Below are positions 60,289-64,000 of a stretch of DNA of 64,000 nucleotides, piece after piece (position 1 is the stretch's first letter; each line of letters opens with the position of its first letter). The notes under the pieces are model-generated. The model ran no database searches, was not told the origin of the DNA, and was given only the letters and a program-made list of their open reading frames with translations. Made by a program: the position numbers and the translations under genes. This DNA is from Octopus vulgaris (taxonomy: Eukaryota): NCBI GenBank assembly GCA_951406725.2, contig OX597843.1:6014001-6078000 (forward strand), in the 5' to 3' direction.

Positions 60289-61352
60289 CCACCACCACTA
60301 TCATCATCATCATCATCACCACCACCACCACTATCATCATCATCATCATCACCACCACCACCACTATCATCATCATCATCATCACCACCACCACCACTAT
60401 CATCATCATCATCATCATCATCACCACCACTATCATCATCATCATCACCACCACCACCACCACTATCATCATCATCATCATCACCACCACCACCACCACT
60501 ATCATCATCATCATCACCACCACCACCACTATCATCATCATCATCATCACCACCACCACTATCATCATCATCATCATCACCACCACCACCACTATCATCA
60601 TCATCATCATCACCACCACCACTACTATCATCATCATCATCATCACCTCCACCACTACTATTATCATCATCATCATCACCACCACCACTACTATCATCAT
60701 CATCATCATCATCACCACCACCACTATCATCATCATCATCATCACCACCACCACTATCATCATCATCATCATCACCACCACCACTATCATCATCATCATC
60801 ACCACCACCACCACCACTATCATCATCATCATCATCACCACCACCACTATCATCATCATCATCATCACCACCACCACCACCACTATCATCATCATCACCA
60901 CCACCACCACTATCATCATCATCATCATCACCACCACCACCACCACTATCATCATCATCATCACCACCACCACTATCATCATCATCATCATCATCACCAC
61001 CACTATCATCATCATCATCATCACCACCACCACTATCATCATCATCATCATCATCACCACCACTATCATCATCATCATCATCATCACCACCACCACTATC
61101 ATCATCATCATCATCATCACCACCACCACTATCATCATCATCATCACCACCACCACCACTATCATCATCATCATCATCACCACCACCACCACCACTATCA
61201 TCATCATCATCATCACCACCACCACCACCACTATCATCATCATCATCACCACCACCACCACCACTATCATCATCATCATCATCACCACCACCACTACTAT
61301 TATCATCATCATCATCATCATCACCACCACCACTACTATTATCATCATCACC

Positions 61353-61386
<34 letters not shown>

Positions 61387-63396
61387 CCACCACCACCACT
61401 ATCATCATCATCATCATCACCACCACCACCACTATCATCATCATCATCATCACCACCACCACCACTATCATCATCATCATCATCACCACCACCACCACTA
61501 TCATCATCATCATGATCATCACCACCACTATCATCATCATCATCATCACCACCACCACTATCATCATCATCATCATGATCATCACCACCACTATCATCAT
61601 CATCATCATCACCACCACCACTATCATCATCATCATCATCACCACCACCACCACTATCATCATCATCATGATCATCACCACCACTATCATCATCATCATC
61701 ATCACCACCACCACTATCATCATCATCATCATCATCACCACCACCACTATCATCATCATCATCATCATCACCACCACCACCACCACTATCATCATCATCA
61801 TCATCACCACCACCACTATCATCATCATCATCACCACCACCACCACTATCATCATCATCATCATCATCACCACCACTATCATCATCATCATCATCATCAC
61901 CACCACCACCACCACTATCATCATCATCATCATCATCATCACCACCACTATCATCATCATCATCATCATCACCACCACCACCACTATCATCATCATCATC
62001 ATCATCACCACCACCACTATCATCATCATCATCACCACCACCACCACCACTATCATCATCATCCACCACCACTATCATCATCATCATCATCACCACCACC
62101 ACCACCACTATCATCATCATCATCACCACCACCACCACCACTATCATCATCATCACCACCACCACCACCACTATCATCATCATCATCATCACCACCACCA
62201 CCACCACTATCATCATCATCATCATCATCACCACCACCACCACCACTATCATCATCATCATCATCATCATCACCACCACTATCATCATCATCATCATCAT
62301 CACCACCACCACTATCATCATCATCATCATCATCACCACCACCACTATCATCATCATCACCACCACCACCACCACTATCATCATCATCATCATCACCACC
62401 ACTATCATCATCATCATCATCACCACCACCACCACCACTATCATCATCATCATCATCACCACCACCACCACCACTATCATCATCATCACCACCACCACCA
62501 CCACTATCATCATCATCATCATCACCACCACCACCACCACTATCATCATCATCATCATCACCACCACCACCACCACTATCATCATCATCATCACCACCAC
62601 CACCACCACCACTATCATCATCATCATCATCACCACCACCACCACTATCATCATCATCATCATCACCACCACCACCACAACTATCATCATCATCATCATC
62701 ATCACCACCACCACCACTATCATCATCATCATCATCATCACCACCACTATCATCATCATCATCACCACCACCACCACTATCATCATCATCATCATCATCA
62801 CCACCACTATCATCATCATCATCACCACCACCACCACTATCATCATCATCATCACCACCACCACCACCACCACTATCATCATCATCATCATCACCACCAC
62901 CACCACCACTATCATCATCATCATCACCACCACCACCACCACCACTATCATCATCATCATCATCACCACCACCACCACTATCATCATCATCATCATCACC
63001 ACCACCACCACAACTATCATCATCATCATCATCATCACCACCACCACCACCACTATCATCATCATCATCATCATCACCACCACTATCATCATCATCATCA
63101 CCACCACCACCACTATCATCATCATCACCACCACCACCACCACCACCATCATCATCACCACCACCACTACTATTATCATCATCATCATCATCACCACCAC
63201 CACCACTATCATCATCATCATCATCATCATCACCACCACTATCATCATCATCATCATCATCACCACCACCACCACCACTATCATCATCATCATCACCACC
63301 ACCACTATCATCATCATCATCATCACCACCACCACTATTATCATCATCATCATCATCACCACCACCACCACCACCACTATCATCATCACCACCACC

Positions 63397-63427
<31 letters not shown>

Positions 63428-63448
63428 CCACCACCACCACCACCACCG
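46900..63448. repeat. 16.5 kb compound satellite, unit about 27-36 bp: (ACC)3-6 ACT [ATT] (ATC)4-7
   Basis: Direct reading; plus strand almost devoid of G. Confidence 0.98.
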
Positions 63449-64000
63449 CCGACACCATCGTCTTTCATATCATTATTGTTATTATTATCGCGGGGCAGCG
63501 TGTTTTTTTGTTTATTTGTCTGTTTTGGGGTTGTTTTTTTTTACCTTTGTGTGCCTTGAACACACAAAAGAGCCCCACTCCCTGCCCTATTTTCCCCCCT
63601 ACTTTGCCGAATGTTAAATGTCAGAGGAACAGTTTTTCTGAATAGAAATTAGGGTTAAATACTCTTTTATCGCGTCCAGTCTCTGGAATGCGACCATGCT
63701 GCAGCATATCGCCTGCCCCCGTTCAAAGAGAGAAAGGAAGAGGGGGGAGCCGGGAGGTGGGCGACTAATCGACAGGGCTGTCTTCTTTTTTTGGTAATAT
63801 ATTTTAATAGGTTAATCAGAGGAAAAGAGATAGAATCTGTGGGCCCGGGCACCCCTCCCCTCCGAAACAGCGCCATACGGTTTCAGAGACTTTTATTTAG
63901 ACTAAGGGTGAGGAATAGACGGAATTATGAAACAAATTGAACAAAGACCTGGGGCCCCTGAATGCTTTGCTACAAAATGGACTCTGCTGAAGGCATATCA

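Noticed and set aside
46493-63617. Very long poly-H/I/T/S/P/D/G/M/V ORFs up to 2694 aa
   Set aside because: ATC/ACC/ACT triplets lack stops in most frames; several overlapping frames are open and shift at single-base indels, so this is satellite, not a His-rich or acidic protein gene.

Overview
Eukaryotic, extremely repeat-rich DNA with no supportable host protein-coding gene. The SINE families and microsatellite load look like an octopus (cephalopod) genome; this is recognition from memory, not a database result. Bases 1-46.3 kb are a dense, nested mosaic. It holds three tRNA-headed SINE families (called A, B and C here), 5'-truncated CR1-, RTE- and R4/Dong-clade LINE relics, decayed Tc1, mariner and hAT transposases, two non-autonomous Helitron families and three 5'-truncated tRNA pseudogenes. 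A 4.1 kb (ATT)n tract lies at 39.6-43.7 kb, and 46.9-63.4 kb is one 16.5 kb compound (ACC)n-ACT-(ATC)n satellite with an apparent ~3.4-3.5 kb higher-order period. The most striking observation is six unrelated short elements that each carry a minimal type-I hammerhead-ribozyme fold (Penelope-like/retrozyme style). Between them they show three alternative 3:8 core pairs (C3:G8, G3:C8, U3:A8). Also notable are an R4-clade element apparently associated with (CATA)n, SINE/LINE 3' tails with covarying hairpins, and modular tail swapping in SINE C. Nearly all ORF-track ORFs are microsatellite or SINE artefacts. Coordinates were counted by hand and may be off by a few bases.
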